A stretch of 64,000 nt of DNA from Callorhinchus milii (taxonomy: Eukaryota), in assembly GCF_018977255.1 (NCBI RefSeq), contig NW_024704743.1:115446001-115510000 (forward strand), in the 5' to 3' direction. Under the pieces are notes generated by a model. That model did no database searches. It saw only the letters and a list, made by a program, of their open reading frames with translations, and had not been told where the DNA came from. Positions 28,500 to 42,063 of the stretch are shown here, one piece after another. The translations under genes were made by a program, and so were the position numbers. The first letter of the stretch is position 1; each line of letters starts with the position of its first letter.

Positions 28500-29718
28500 A
28501 CATGTCTGACAAACCTGAGTTTTGTTTTGAAGAAGCAACGTAGAGGGTGGATAAAGGTAGTGCAGTTGATGTAGTTTGTATGGATTTTCAAAAAGCCACA
28601 TAATAGACATGTAAGCAAAATTGAAGCCCACGGTATTAAAGGGACATTGGCAGCATGGATACAAAATTGGCTGGGAGACAGAAAGCAGAGAGTAATGGTG
28701 AACGGTTGTTTTTCTGGCTAGAAGGAAGTATACAGTGGTATCCCCCAGGGGTGGGTATTAGGACCACTGCTCTTTTTAATCTATATAAATGACCTGGGTA
28801 TAGGGAGCACAATTTTCAAGCTTGCAGATAATACAAAGCTAGGAAAAGTAGTAATCTGAGGAGGAATAGTAGCAAACTGCAAGAAGACTTAGACAGACTG
28901 GTGAAATGAGCGGACAAAATTTAATACAGAGAATTGCAAAATGATGCATTTTGGAAGGAAAATGAAGAGAGGCAATATAAGTTAGATGGTACAAATCTTA
29001 AAGGGGCTGCAGGAGCAGAGAGACCTTGGGTCCACATAATCAAATCTTTGAAGGTGGCAGAACAGGTAGATAAAGCTGTTAAAAAAGCATATGTGATACT
29101 AGCCTTTATAACTAGGGCCATAGAATACAAAAGTCAGGAAGTTATGACTTTTGTGAAACATTGGTTAGGCCTCAGCTAGAGTACCATGTTGAATTCTGGG
29201 CACCACACTTTCGGAAGGATGTCAAGGACTTGGAGAGGGTGCAAAGGAGATTTACCAAGATGTATCAGGAATGAGGGACTTGAGTTATTTGGAGAGACTA
29301 GAGAAGCTAGGATTGCTCTAGGATTGGAGCAGAGAAGGTTAAGGGGAGATTTAATAGAGGTGCTCAAAATTATGAGGGGATTTGACAGAGTGAGCAGGGA
29401 GAAACTGTTTCCACTTACGGGTGGGTCGGTAACCCGAGGACACTGCTTTAAAATAGTTGTCAAAAGAACGAGAGGGTGATGAGAAGAATTTTTTTTCATA
29501 CAGTGAGTTGTTTGAATCTGAAATGCACTGCCTGAAAGGGTGGTGGAAGCAGATTCAATAACAACTTTCAAGAGAGAAGTGGATAGATATTTAGGTAGGA
29601 CAAATTTGCAAGGCTATGAAGGGAGAGCGGGGAAATGGGATTTATTTGGATAGCTCTTTCAAAGAGTGGGCAAGATGGGCTGAATGGCCTCCTTCTGTGC
29701 TGTATAATTCTATGATTC
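28500..29718 (+). mobile_element. 5'-truncated CR1 LINE (RT and 3' end)
   Basis: Decayed RT, RRLRGDLIEV and TRGH motifs, ending in ttctatgattct. Confidence 0.92.
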
Positions 29719-32700
29719 TTTATTTTAATAGCTAAAATAACCTAGCGTAGTAGTGAACTTCAAGGGTGTGCTAACTAATATGGATATTTGTGTAAAAAGT
29801 ACACCAAAAGGAAAGTGGGCTTTGTTTAACTTTTAATATATATCTGTACATACATACACATTAAACAGTAATTGATGCACAGAAATATAGCAGTTTGTAA
29901 CTTAAGATGAGTAGGTTGCAAAAATCAGTGTCTACCCTAAAAAAAATGTATTTTTCTGTTTAGTTCTAGCTTCGATCAGTTTTTTTGTTACTGATCCAGA
30001 TTTACAGTGATTTTAAACCTACAGTAATTTAAAACAAATGTATTTCCCCCATGACTCGACCTGTTTTCAATGTATACATTTATAATTAATGAAGCTATGG
30101 TTACTATAATTTAAGTTTATCCATTTCTGTCTTAATCCTTTGCTTTCTGTAGCTTGTGCAAACTTCACTGGTTTGGGAAGTAAAATGGATGTCTTAGTAG
30201 ATCTGTAAGGGCAGTTCAGGGCGACCATGCAGGCATTCCCCTGTTTGAAGCAACTCGCCTCCTTTTGGCTTCTTCCTGTCACAGCAGAAATCTGTATTTC
30301 TTATTCTGGTTGTAAATTTAGTTCTTACCTGCATTTTTCCACTGGTGCTCCATTACACACATACCCCAAACATTAACCCGTAATTCTTTTTGATACTGAT
30401 TTGGTCTACTGTGAACTGCCTGTATTTTCTGTTTTATTTCTAATTTATTTTATGTCAAGCTGGTTCAGTTGATAGCACTTCCATCTCTGAGTCAGAAGGT
30501 TGTTGGCTGAAGCTCCATATCGGGACTTGGTACTCACATCATCCAAGGTGACATATCAATGTAGTGCTGGAAATGTGCTGTATTTTGGAGATGCCAACCT
30601 TCGTTGAGATTTTAAATCGAGGTTGATCTGCCTTTTTAGGTGGATGTTAAAGATTCCATAGCACTATTCAAAAAGAGAATGGAGTTTCTCAACTTCTTCT
30701 TCCCTAACAGAAAAGTTTAAGCACATTTTCATGAAGGAAATGTTGTTGTCCCTGTGTCCCCCCCCCCCCACTTAAAAGTTGAAGATACGGGATGCAGATA
30801 AATTTGTTTTGGATGGCATTTTGATTTGAGCACAAAATAGTGATAAACAGTTAGCAGCATTTGTTATTTCTGCACTAATGTAGGCAGTAAGAGCACTCAT
30901 GCGCTAATGTAGGCAATGAGTACACTTTAGGTTCTTCCACAGACCAAAGCATATACATAGTTTTCATTCATTTTGTGTGGCAGAATTACTTACTGGCGTA
31001 TCATTCAGCTGTTTGACAGAAGTAGCAAGGGGAACACACAGCATGCAGCATAGTACCTAGAGTGAAGCAGTGNTTTTTTAAGAAAAAACAATTGATGACA
31101 TTCAGTTACCTACAGATTTTTGTACTTTTTAAAAATATATATATATACTCAGTTATTGTGCTTCCGTGGTAGGCCTGCAAAGCATAATGTGCATGTGGTG
31201 TTTTTGAAATTCAGAGGCTTCTTATTTCAGGGTGATCTATTTTGACTAACTTTGTATTTGAACCTGAGCTTTGTAGAATGTAAATGAGCAGTTCTGTGTG
31301 AGTGTGAGTGTTTGAGCAGCATGTTATTCTGATTGTTCAACATAATTAACTCAGTAGAGTGAAAAGTGTTGAATAGTCTTGGGGGAAGCTGCAGAATATT
31401 TGTACTGGTTAGAATATTTTGAAGTTAGGCCATTGTTTATTGGAACTTCAAGTGACATCATTCAGAAAGTACGTAACTTGTCGGCCTACAGGGGTGTGTG
31501 TGTATTATGACTCAGTTATTCTGTATGTGGGTTATACTTAACACCTGCTTACATCACTCATTGTTCCTGAACAAATATATATTGGAATTTTAGTCTGCTT
31601 TTATCTAGGGATTTTGATTTTCGGTTTTAACCAAAAGTGCCTTATCACAGCGCTGAGACATCTCAAAGCACTTCACAGGTATACTATGTCCCACAAACAG
31701 CCATCGAGTGAGTGAGCAATGTTTTCATTTGGGGAATTTGTTGACTGGGACACTGGGAGAAACTCGCTGCAAGCCAAAGCCCTAATGGATAGGGTGTTTC
31801 TAGCCAGACAATTCTCTCAATGGGAAGCTATGCAGTTTTAGCTGGTAAGACTCCAGTAGTACCCCAGGTGCACACTCTGGGGTCCCCAAGCCTTGGCTCC
31901 TGCCAATGTGTGCCTAATACTCTCCAGAATTAGGTAAGCAGGATGTGTCCCTCCAAGGAGAGAGTGCACATTGTGCAATAAACAATTTTGGAATTTCCAT
32001 GTATGAGTGGGGTGCGTAGAACTCTGTTTGGTTTGGATAATTTTAAGCATTGTAATGGGTTTCTACATGTCAAGACAACCAGCTGACCATAGAAAGTGCA
32101 TGATGATGAATATTACCTCTTGGTAATATAGAGAACTACAAAAAAAATTGTACTCCATCCAGGCTCTAGAGACCAAAGATCCAGTTTTGTCATTTATAGC
32201 CTGTCTATATCGTTTCCAATAGTGGGGGGAAAGTAATTCCTTCCAGTTAACTAATCCCTATTTGGAACCTCCGAAGCTGCATGTTTATGGGAAAGCATCT
32301 GCTGTAGAGATTCTGATGCTATAAAAGGGCACTGTGAGCTAGTTCTGCAATATGGAATAATTCCAGCAATAATGTGCACTTTAAGCCCAATCAGTTGATG
32401 CTCCCTTCCATTCTGGAGCTCTCTACTGTAATCACATTATTTGCTCTTTCCCTGCACCCTTTAGTATTTTTCCTTAACTATAAATATGCTAAATAGCTTT
32501 TCTTCATAGTTTAAGCCCTAAACCTATGGAGACTTTTTTTGTTATTGCAAGTAAAGAGACATTTGAACTAGAAAAATATTTTACCAGTTTTGTCAATATT
32601 GAAAAATTTTAGGCAGGAACAACCTGCTTTAAAAGTTTTCCATTGGTCTTCAGCGGCAATGTAGCCTCTGAAGCAGCTACTTTATGTACTTGAATGGAAA

Positions 32701-33734
32701 TGTGATTTTAGAAGTCCCAGACTTTTTATTAGGTTTATAAACTTAATTTTGTCATGTACTGCCACTGAGGTTGTTGATTCTGTCAGTACACAAGCTATTT
32801 AGTAACAGAACTGTTAGGAGTACATTATCTTGATGCCCTTTAAGCTGACTGAGATAAAACTAGATCCATAAAGCTGTTTATTTTTGACTGATTTGTATGA
32901 ACGTATAGGAGTTTGGGGTGGTCTCTGCATTAAACAACAACAACTTGCTTTTATGTAGAGCCCTTCACCTGGGGTAGTGTCCCGGAGCGTTTAACAGTGG
33001 CGGAGTCTGCCAATGAGCCAGAGAGAGAGGGAGGGGGGAGATGATTGTACGCACAATCACCTCCAAAACGTAAGGTCTTTAGGCGGGATTAAGAAACGGC
33101 TTCATGTATTGCTGTGGGTTTGAGTTTACAAAATAAAAATGTAGGTGATCTATGTGGCTACTGTCCTTTTCTCCGTGCCCCTACTCTGAAAATGTTTCCT
33201 TTGATATTTCTACAAATCAGCTTCTCCAGCATGTCCTTGGTTAATGCCAGACATTGGTCTTTGTATGGCCTTGCAATACAAGCATTGATTTTTTTAAATG
33301 AAATTCTAAATTATGCTTGGTTTTAAATGAACAGAAATGTTATCCTATGAAATCAAATTTCTGGTTGTGATGTGTAATCAAAGTAACTATTCTGCATTGC
33401 ATTGTTGACAACATGCGTGTATGTGTGGGGGTGAGAGAGAGAGAGAGAAGGCTAGAGTATAATCCTTCCTCCCCGGAACTGCTGTGTGTCTCTTGTTTCC
33501 TCCCCAGACAGTCCTATCTGATAACAGGAAGTCATGATGAGAGGAATTAAAACAGGAGCATGTATTGCATGGTCAGTTATTTTTCTAGGTTAGTTACTGG
33601 GTACATATAAAAAGGCATACTGATAATCCAGATTATTGATCTTGATATCTGAGTCAGTTGCCTGTGTTTTTAATTAGATTAAAATAATTTTTCTGGAAGC
33701 ATGTGGAAGTCTAATTTAGGTCTGTTTAGTGTTT

Positions 33735-34155
33735 TGGGTTATATATTTTGGGAGGAATAATGAGAGGTAAATGCTAAATGGTAAAATTTTGGTAAAGTAG
33801 AAGAGCGGAGTCCTATAGGTAAAGTATGTAAATCTTTAAAGGTGATGGACGAAGTTGTGAAGAAAGCTCATGGGATCTGCAGTTTTATAAATGGGGATAT
33901 TGAATATAGAACTAAAGGGATGATGGTCAACTTAAATCATTAGTTTGAGGGTTGTTAAGATGTGGAATACCCTACCAGGAGCAGTGATCGAGGCAGGATC
34001 CATATTAGCTTTCAACAGGAAGCAACTATCTAACATGGAGTATTTTGCAGAGGTCTAGGGTAAGGACTGATAAATGGGACTGAATGGATGGCTCTTTCAA
34101 AGAGCTGGCACAAGCCTGTTGGGCCAAATGGCCTGCTTCTGGGCTATGAAATTCC
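33735..34155 (+). mobile_element. Decayed CR1 3' fragment
   Basis: Resembles 28960-29718, including the gctctttcaaagag...ggcc 3'UTR. Confidence 0.7.
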
Positions 34156-37100
34156 AATGCTACTATATTGCTAATAATTGCTATAATTGCCTGCTTAATA
34201 CTTTGTATAAAGCATAGAACAATTAACCTTAGAAACTGATTTATGGGTAAAGCGCTCTGAGTTGTTATACTAATTGAAGGGCACTTTATAAATTCAAGTT
34301 GTTGTAATGTTATACAAGAACTGATGTACTGCAGTCGGAAATTTGTGTTGAAGATATGTAAAGGCCTCTATATTTAGAGAAAAGTGCTGTTCATTGACTG
34401 AATTAGTATATTTTGTACATGCAGATCCATGCAGATTATCTGAGGTTACAACAGAACCTCATTTTAAAACCTCATTTTTTAATATAGCTACCTTCCTGTT
34501 ATCGAAAGAAAGTCTCATCAAAAGGCTTTTTAATGTTGGTTTTGCTTGATTGAATACATGCTGGTTTGGTGTAACACAGTTGTTAAAGATGTACTGTAAA
34601 TTGCTGGGGTGAATTTTGTTCTTGAGTTAGTGAACAGAACTCTTACCCTCTGATAGCACAGTAATATATCTGCTTTAAAGTGGAACATGTGACATCTGTT
34701 TAACCAAAGTAACCAAAAACAGCTTACATAGACACTTATATTATTTAACCTCAGAGTGGGACTAGGTTGAAATATACCTTCTATTTTCAGGAGAGGGGGA
34801 AGAATCAAAAGATTAAAAAATGATAAGCAGAATGCAGTAGATTAGCACATTGTACTTTCATTGTTAAGAAATTAGTGTTTTTATTGGCTGGAGAGTAGAG
34901 CTAACCAATTATTTCCACACAAAGTAACACTTAACTTTTTGCAGTAATTCAGTGTAGAAAATAGAATTGCAGTTAGCTAGCTTTATATTACCATTGTGTT
35001 AAAATATTGTTTGCTGATACTGAAGTTCAAAGCTTCCTAAAATGTTACTGTTCAGACACAAAAAATTGATGCATTTTACTCTTATCTTCTAAGAATACAA
35101 ATAACCCTCTTGTCTTGTAACAATACTATTTTACCCACTTGTAAAATGTACCAGTATTTGATCAAATTGCGGACACTTTTAGAGGAAAATCCCTTTTTGG
35201 GTGGGTGCGTCAGAATTAAATATTCTCGGATCTGTTTCTCACAAATTGGCAGATTGGTTTATTTTTAACTTGGTCTTACTCATTTTTTTTGTTTGGTGCT
35301 GCTTTGGTCTGAACAGATAACTCATTCTCTACTCTTCCCGACAGCTTAATTGTTTAAACTCAGTCAACAAGGTTGTATTCAGTAGAATGAACAGTAATTG
35401 TTTTGCAGCTGAAGAACTATCTGTACCAGTGCATCTGGTATCCAGTCCACATTTGAAAAATGACACATTTTTCACAATGACACAAGTCAATTATTTCTTC
35501 GGGGACGAGAGGAGGAAGAATTAAGGAAGAGGATTTCATGGTCTCTGCTGTAACATGTTATTAGACTAAATAGTCTTGTCTTGAGCTCTGAGTGGTATTT
35601 TTTCATCAATTTTAAACAATGGGGGATATCGTAATGTACAGATAGTGCAGGATGGAAGAATAAGACAATGTTTTGTGTGTTTTCAAATAAAAAAAAGACT
35701 ACTGCTGCTATTGACCATTTAGTTTGTACAGCAGAGTGACTGGGAAAATTCCTGATGATAGATTAGTGATTTAAAGATCACAAATCATTTCAATGGTTTC
35801 TCTTCCTGGAATTTCTATTTTTTAATCAATATATAAAGTATTTTTTGAAAATGGTTTTGTTGCAACAGTATCAATTGTTTCGACAGTAAGAACATTCTTC
35901 ATCCTAGTTGTTGCATACAGTTTTTTTTAAGTCCAGGAGAGTCTATATAATGTTACCTTTGGGTGTTTTTAAAACTATACCCACAGGCTGTTTCAGGTCC
36001 CTGGTGTGGAAATGTGATTCTTTCCTCAGCCTCTGCTCCCACCATTCCTTTCACACCTTGCAAGCAACAAACAGCCAAAAGTGGTGTGTCTGGAGGTGGG
36101 TGTAAGATATAAAAACAATTCTGTGCCCAGTTCTGAAATCCATATGAAGATGGCACCAGCAATCTGAGACCTGCATTAGAAAACACTTGATAGCGTGATA
36201 CAGGGGGAAGAGCCGGTTTTCAACTAATGTACAGTATTGTGATAATGCTACAGAGTCTTGAAGTAGAATATTTATTTAAGCGAGACCTAAACAACTACAA
36301 AAGAAATAGCAGAAAAAGTAGTTAAGTGCTGAACGCTTAACATATTTGCAGGCTGATCCTATTCTGTAATAGCATAATGGATTAAAAATTGTAAATAAAT
36401 TACAGGAACTTTACGGCATTGGACTATCATATAATATGACCTTGTGCTATTATTGTTGGACGTACAGGCTTTGTTCTGTTTATCCTGCATTAATCTATAT
36501 CCTGCATTAATCATATCTTTATCAGGTATGGAATAATCAGTGTTACCATACAATTTTACATTAGCACAGAAACTGATTGTTTGGCAAGCCAAGTCTGTTT
36601 TTCTACAAAATAATTCCACTGCTCTGCTAGTATCCATGCCTTTAATTAATACATTTTGCATCATGTCTGGAGGACAAAATGCTTATAAATCTTATATATA
36701 TATATATAAGTAAGGTGTCTATTTTTGCAGGCTCAAGTATCTAATTTTCTGCTACTGTTTGTGGTTGAGCGAATTCCACATACTGCTCACCTTCTGTTTT
36801 CCAACTTCCCTTTCATTCCTTTTGTGATCATTTTAAATTTGTGCCCTCTCATTACTGATTCATTGACCAGTGGAAATAATTTATCCTATTTGCAAATTTT
36901 GGCCTTTTGTCAGTTTAGTACAGTATTTTCATTAGTCATCCAGAATGAGAAAGCAGTGTTTGCTAAATAATTTAAATCTAATTGTGATCTATCTGATTAT
37001 TGGGTATAATTGGTTCAGTTTTGAAGGAGTGAAATGTTTTAATCATGGTTTTCATGAACTGCAGTTATGTTGACTTGCTGTAAAAGGTTTGATCTCATCC

Positions 37101-39545
37101 TAGAATACAAAACTATTTCACCACCAAGTTATTTCTTAAATGATTACTGAGTACAACCATTTGTGTGTCTGCCTGGCTCAATTCGTGGGTAGCACCTCTG
37201 AGTCAGAAGGTCGTGGGATCAAGCTCCACGTTGGAATTCTGTATAATTTAAACTGACACTCGAATGCAGTGCTAGGGTTTTGCTGCGTTGTTTGAGGTGC
37301 TACCCTTCAGGTAAGATGTTAAACTGAGGCTTCTGTCAAATAAATTCTTTGTTTTTTGTTATGAAATTGCCTTTCATAGTGCTCAATATGTGACAACTAT
37401 GCCGGGGTATGTTTGAAAGTATCATGAACTGGTTTGTCTCTTTAACCAAAAGTGTCTGCTCCACCCAGTTTTGATTCGCTCAGCTCTCTCCCTCCATGCA
37501 TTCATGTACATGTACACACAAACAAAACTTGTAATTGATATAGGCAGCAGTGCTTTGATTTTTTGGGGGGCAGCCACCACCCACTGCCCAATTCCCAGAA
37601 GAATCTGATTGATAGAATTTCAAAAGAATATATCAGGTGCTGCTAGGCTGATGATTTCCAAAACACTCTTTCTTGGACTGCCGAGTAAGAAACTAGTTAA
37701 TTCAGTGAGTTGTCTGTCAGCTTTGATACTGAAAGAATCCTAGGCATACAACATCACGGAGAATCACAATCAAATCTTAATATTCCGCTTGCATAAACCA
37801 GTTGGCATCTCCTACAAATATGTAAAAAAAAGTTCAGCCTTTGGCTGACCTTTTTCATGCTGGATATTCAGTAATCTTGGATTAGTGTTTGTAAATGTTT
37901 CTGCAAAATGTGTTGAAACAGCACCAATCATTTGGGATCATTGTCAGCTGAGAGACTGGTATTTGAATTTGCAACTATATGGTCTGATCCTGCGCCTTGT
38001 GGAGCCTTTATCCACTTGGCCATAGAAGGAACTCTCATTGGTAATGTTTAAGACCTCTCCTCAACATTGCATTGATAAGCATCATATTTGGCTAGGCATA
38101 CTGGATGAATTAAAAACCTGGAGAAGATACTGCAAAATAAAACTAAACATAAACAAAAATCCTTCCATTTGTTAGTTGGTGTTGGCCAACAAAATAAATG
38201 TTTTTGATTGAATATTTCTTGATTTATGTCACCCACCGTTCGAAACACTGACTGTCCAGTGCCTTGGAATGTCCGCATGACATGAAAGGCGCGATACAAA
38301 TTTAATTTTGTTGTTGTTGTATAAATCAAGAAATATTCAATCAAGAAAAAACTGAAACTGCACTAACGATTGAATGCGGACTTTCCTGGACTCATGCAAA
38401 TGTTCTTTTTGGGGGTGCTGCTTCTTGACGACCCCGTGGGCTACTGGTTGTTAATAAAGCCTTATGTCAATGAAAGTCTCAAAGTGCTTCATTGTATTTA
38501 CTGTATGATTATAATCCTTACATTTAATATAGCAACTTTCACGTTGGGAGGCCGTTTTAAAGTGCTTCACAGCATTTGCAGGCGGAGTAAGAGCTACTGG
38601 AAATGCCATATCCGCATACAAATGGCCACTGGCATAGATTTCTGTTGTAGTCCCACTTCTCTGTTGAATGCCGTCCCAACAAGAAAGAAGCCATGACATG
38701 CAGTGAAAGTAGGCTAAGCATCCAACTCCACTCCATAGGATCAGTTAGCTAAACAGTGATCCACATTAGTGGTTTGAATTGATACATGTGGCTCGCCAAA
38801 TAACTGCCTTGGTTGGTGCCAGTGAGCTGGTTGAGACCCTTTGGCTGCTTTTCTCCACCTTCTGTCACATTGACTCAATTGGGGAAGGTGGAAAGGGTTA
38901 CGTAAATTCAGCTTTTAACTGATGTAGGTATGGAGAGTGCTTGTCATCTCTGACAACTGAGGTTTGTGCTGGTTAGCGAAGTGGAATGCCAGGCTGGATG
39001 GGCCGAATGTCCTGTTTCCGAGCTGTACCTTCTATGAATCTAATGTTGATGGGCTTCTGTTTTGTGGGTCAGAGAACTCGGACATTGCGTTCAGGCTTCT
39101 AAACCTCTTCTATGTCTTTTTACAAATTTTGTGAGTGACCACTGTTGATTTGAAGGGATTGACAATGCTCCCTCCCATACAGTTCTATCACCACTTTCTT
39201 AGCACAGCCCTATGTGCATTTTCTTCAATTTCTGGGAGCAGTCCAGTATTTAGGAATGTTCCCACAAGAACCTTTACTTAAGAACTTGTCAATCTCCCAG
39301 TCATTCATTTTTGCTATACTTGTTTTCCCCATTTCTCTTTGAACTTTCTCTCGATGATATGGACCAAGGTGAACGTAATCTACCAGATTCATATAGCAAT
39401 TGCTAAATGGATGTAAATAATGTTGTTGTATTCTAAATATCATCAAGGCACCAGAAGTCTCTGTCCAAGAATTGAAACCCATGATACCTTATAGGGCATC
39501 AATGAAGCCTTTAAAACAGTGCAGTGGGGAAGTAAAGCAAATCCC

Positions 39546-39922
39546 TAGTAATAATAAGAATCCTTGCATTTGATATTATGCCTTTCACATCTTCGAGACG
39601 TCTCAAACCTCTTCATAGAATATACTGTAAAATGAATTGACTGTTTATTTTGTGGGCAAAACTGTGCAATTCTGCACAGCAGTTTCCCACAAACAGTCTT
39701 GGTTTGAGTGACCAAAATTATTATTATTTTAGTTTTTGATGAAGGGATTATTACCTTAGGAAAAGCGATCTGCCAATCGACTAACAACCGGGTTCCTACT
39801 TATTGTTGAACAGAGGCGTGTAGAGTAAGGAAACTTGCCCAACATTTCGCCCTGCCCGAGAATCGAACCCAGGTCCTTTTGCTTGCAAGGCGAGTGCTCT
39901 AACCACTAAGCTTCAGGACTCC
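39546..39922 (-). mobile_element. tRNA-headed SINE, long subfamily
   Basis: Carries an extra ~60-nt segment (gtaggaacccggttgttagtcgattggc) between head and body. Confidence 0.9.
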
Positions 39923-40246
39923 ACGTAGTGCTATATTAGAGGGATGATCAATGGGGAGCAAGGTAACTTAAGCCTCACAAATGACAACACGAACCAAAGA
40001 GAGGTCAATAAGATACTCTTATAGGGAGAGTGATGGAAAAGCTAAGGTAATTTTGAACAAATTTGATCAAAGCTGCTAATGGCATCCTAACCTGTTTTAT
40101 AATCTTTGATATGGAATATGCCGGTATGGGATTGAATACTATTTATTACTATTCCATATTCAATAATTTAATCTTGTATAATATTTGGATATGTACAGCA
40201 CAAATGTGAATTGTATATAATTGTTTTCACTTTTTTTTTCCTGCAG

Positions 40247-40273
40247 ACGTTTCAAGCCCCTATCAACTGGCAG
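40247..40273 (+). other. 27-nt internal cassette exon candidate of the host gene
   Basis: Strong acceptor (ttttcactttttttttcctgcag), consensus donor CAG|gtgagt, length divisible by 3, TGCATG at 40291-40296. No stop codon in any frame. Confidence 0.7.
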
Positions 40274-40786
40274 GTGAGTGTTCATTTTACTGCATGACCC
40301 AAGCTCTGAATCATTGTGCATTGCATTTGCATTGGTACAGACTTGAAAGAGATAATAGCTTTGTTGTAGCTTTTACAATAGACTTCAGAAGGGGACTATT
40401 GTATCATACGTTTATATCATGCATACAATGCATATTGTAGCATTGTGCAATATATTTCTGCTATAAATATATATAAAAAGAAAACATTGTCTTTGATTGC
40501 TTTGTGGATATGTAACTCGTCAGTGTAGAGGTAGTGAATAAGGTTTGCTTGGTGAAAAGAATGTTTAGGTTTGCTTGTGAAAGAAAGGATGTTTTACATG
40601 TTGCAGACTATATCAAATGCAAAGAATATTATTATTATTAGCTCTTGACTTTGTTACGCACTATTTCCAATTTTCAAAACTTGTAAGTTAGATTTGTACA
40701 GAAAGTGTATTAGTCCATCCTGAGCTATCATCCTTCATTCATTATTATTTGAAAGACATTTTTAAAAAATAGTTGTATCATTGTGT

Positions 40787-41125
40787 ACAACAACAACTTG
40801 CATTTATACTATATCAAATGCAAGGATTATTATATAGCGCTCTTCATGCGGGGTAGCGTCCCAGAGCGCTTCACAGTGACGGAGTCTGACAACCAGCCAG
40901 AGGGAGGGGGAGGTGACCGTAACAACAACAAGTTGGATTTATATAGTGCCCTTCTTAGCTGGATGGAGTCTCAGAGCACTTCTGTAGGATCAAAAAGGAA
41001 GGTCTTTATGCAGAGTTTGAAGGTGGGGAGGGAGGGGGCAAAGTGGAGGAATTGAGGGAGAGAATTCCAGATTTTCGGAGCGTAGTGGCTGAAGGCATGG
41101 CCACCGGTGGTGGAACGGAGGGCAC
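40787..41125 (-). mobile_element. Older L2 3' fragment carrying two nested tail insertions
   Basis: L2 tail with a SINE tail at about 40809-40832 and a second L2-type tail at about 40921-40985. Confidence 0.75.
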
Positions 41126-41699
41126 AAGGACAAATCAGTGTAAACACCAATCCATATGTCTAAATAGATTCTGTAATGAGTATCACACTTTTTGATGATG
41201 ATATTAATGTATTATCTGCAGAGCTTGATAAACCTATATTTTGTGAGTAGTTTATGATAAATTAATTTTTAAAAAAGTAGGTAATTGTAGTTCACAGTGT
41301 TACAGCTAGAGTGCATTCATCAATCATTTCTGCTTGAGTTTTCCCTCTTGGCACAATGGAAGTATTTTGTTTCAATGCCCATAGTTTGGTTTATTGTGGA
41401 ACCTTTCGTTATTAATATTTTATCCTGACTTTAATGTTTAAACCTTTTCACAAAAAGAGTTGATCCGATTTTTAATCACGTTGCTTGCTGTGGAATCAAT
41501 GTAGTATCCATGTTTCACAGTTATTTAACAAATTACAAACAGACAGCAACTCTTTGAACTTTTGCTTTTTAATTTGGTTGAATCGAAAAATTCATCCAGT
41601 CTGGCCCATTCAGTCACATCTCGTACCTGTCCTGAACACAATATAAAATAGATGGGGAGCATCACACCTGATTATAAAACCAGAGTAGTAATGGTGCAA

Positions 41700-41833
41700 C
41701 TCGCTGCTCTTAGAGTTGGTGATTATAACAGTGCATTCATGCTGAGCTGTGTTGCCCACCGGAAAGCATGTAAGGATGGTTTAAATTTACTTTGCGAAAG
41801 TCGATCAGGGATCTCATACAGAACCACAACGGG

Positions 41834-41874
<41 letters not shown>

Positions 41875-42063
41875 GAGAGAGATCAGCACAGTGCTGCAAT
41901 AGTTTTGCTGCAATAAAGAGAGCAAATATCTCTTGGGTTTGTTTTTTTCAAAAAGGAAAAAATCAAGTGGCCCCTAAGCCTCTTGAATTTTATTTTAAAA
42001 AAAGCATGCTGCTACTTTTGAATTGCTTTTGTCAAAGATTGCTGCACAGTGAATAGAATCTCA
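41700..42063 (+). promoter_or_regulatory. Candidate alternative first (leader) exon with a (GA)n tract
   Basis: TE-free, CpGs retained, (GA)n at about 41840-41882, donor TCA|gtgagt at 42064; short uORF MLLLLNCFCQRLLHSE* at 42006-42056. Confidence 0.4.

Noticed and set aside
31073..31073. Single N base
   Set aside because: Assembly ambiguity with no biological meaning.
33037..33064. 12-bp stem hairpin ggagatgattgt-acgc-acaatcacctcc
   Set aside because: Lies inside one decayed L2 3'UTR copy and is probably a local template-switch product.
36481..36512. Short direct duplications (also about 14915-14950, 30871-30926 and 53959-53984)
   Set aside because: Ordinary slippage duplications; no repeat-spacer array, so not CRISPR-like.
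41652..42056. 134-aa ORF with an ER repeat
   Set aside because: The repeat is the translation of a (GA)n microsatellite; no other coding signal.
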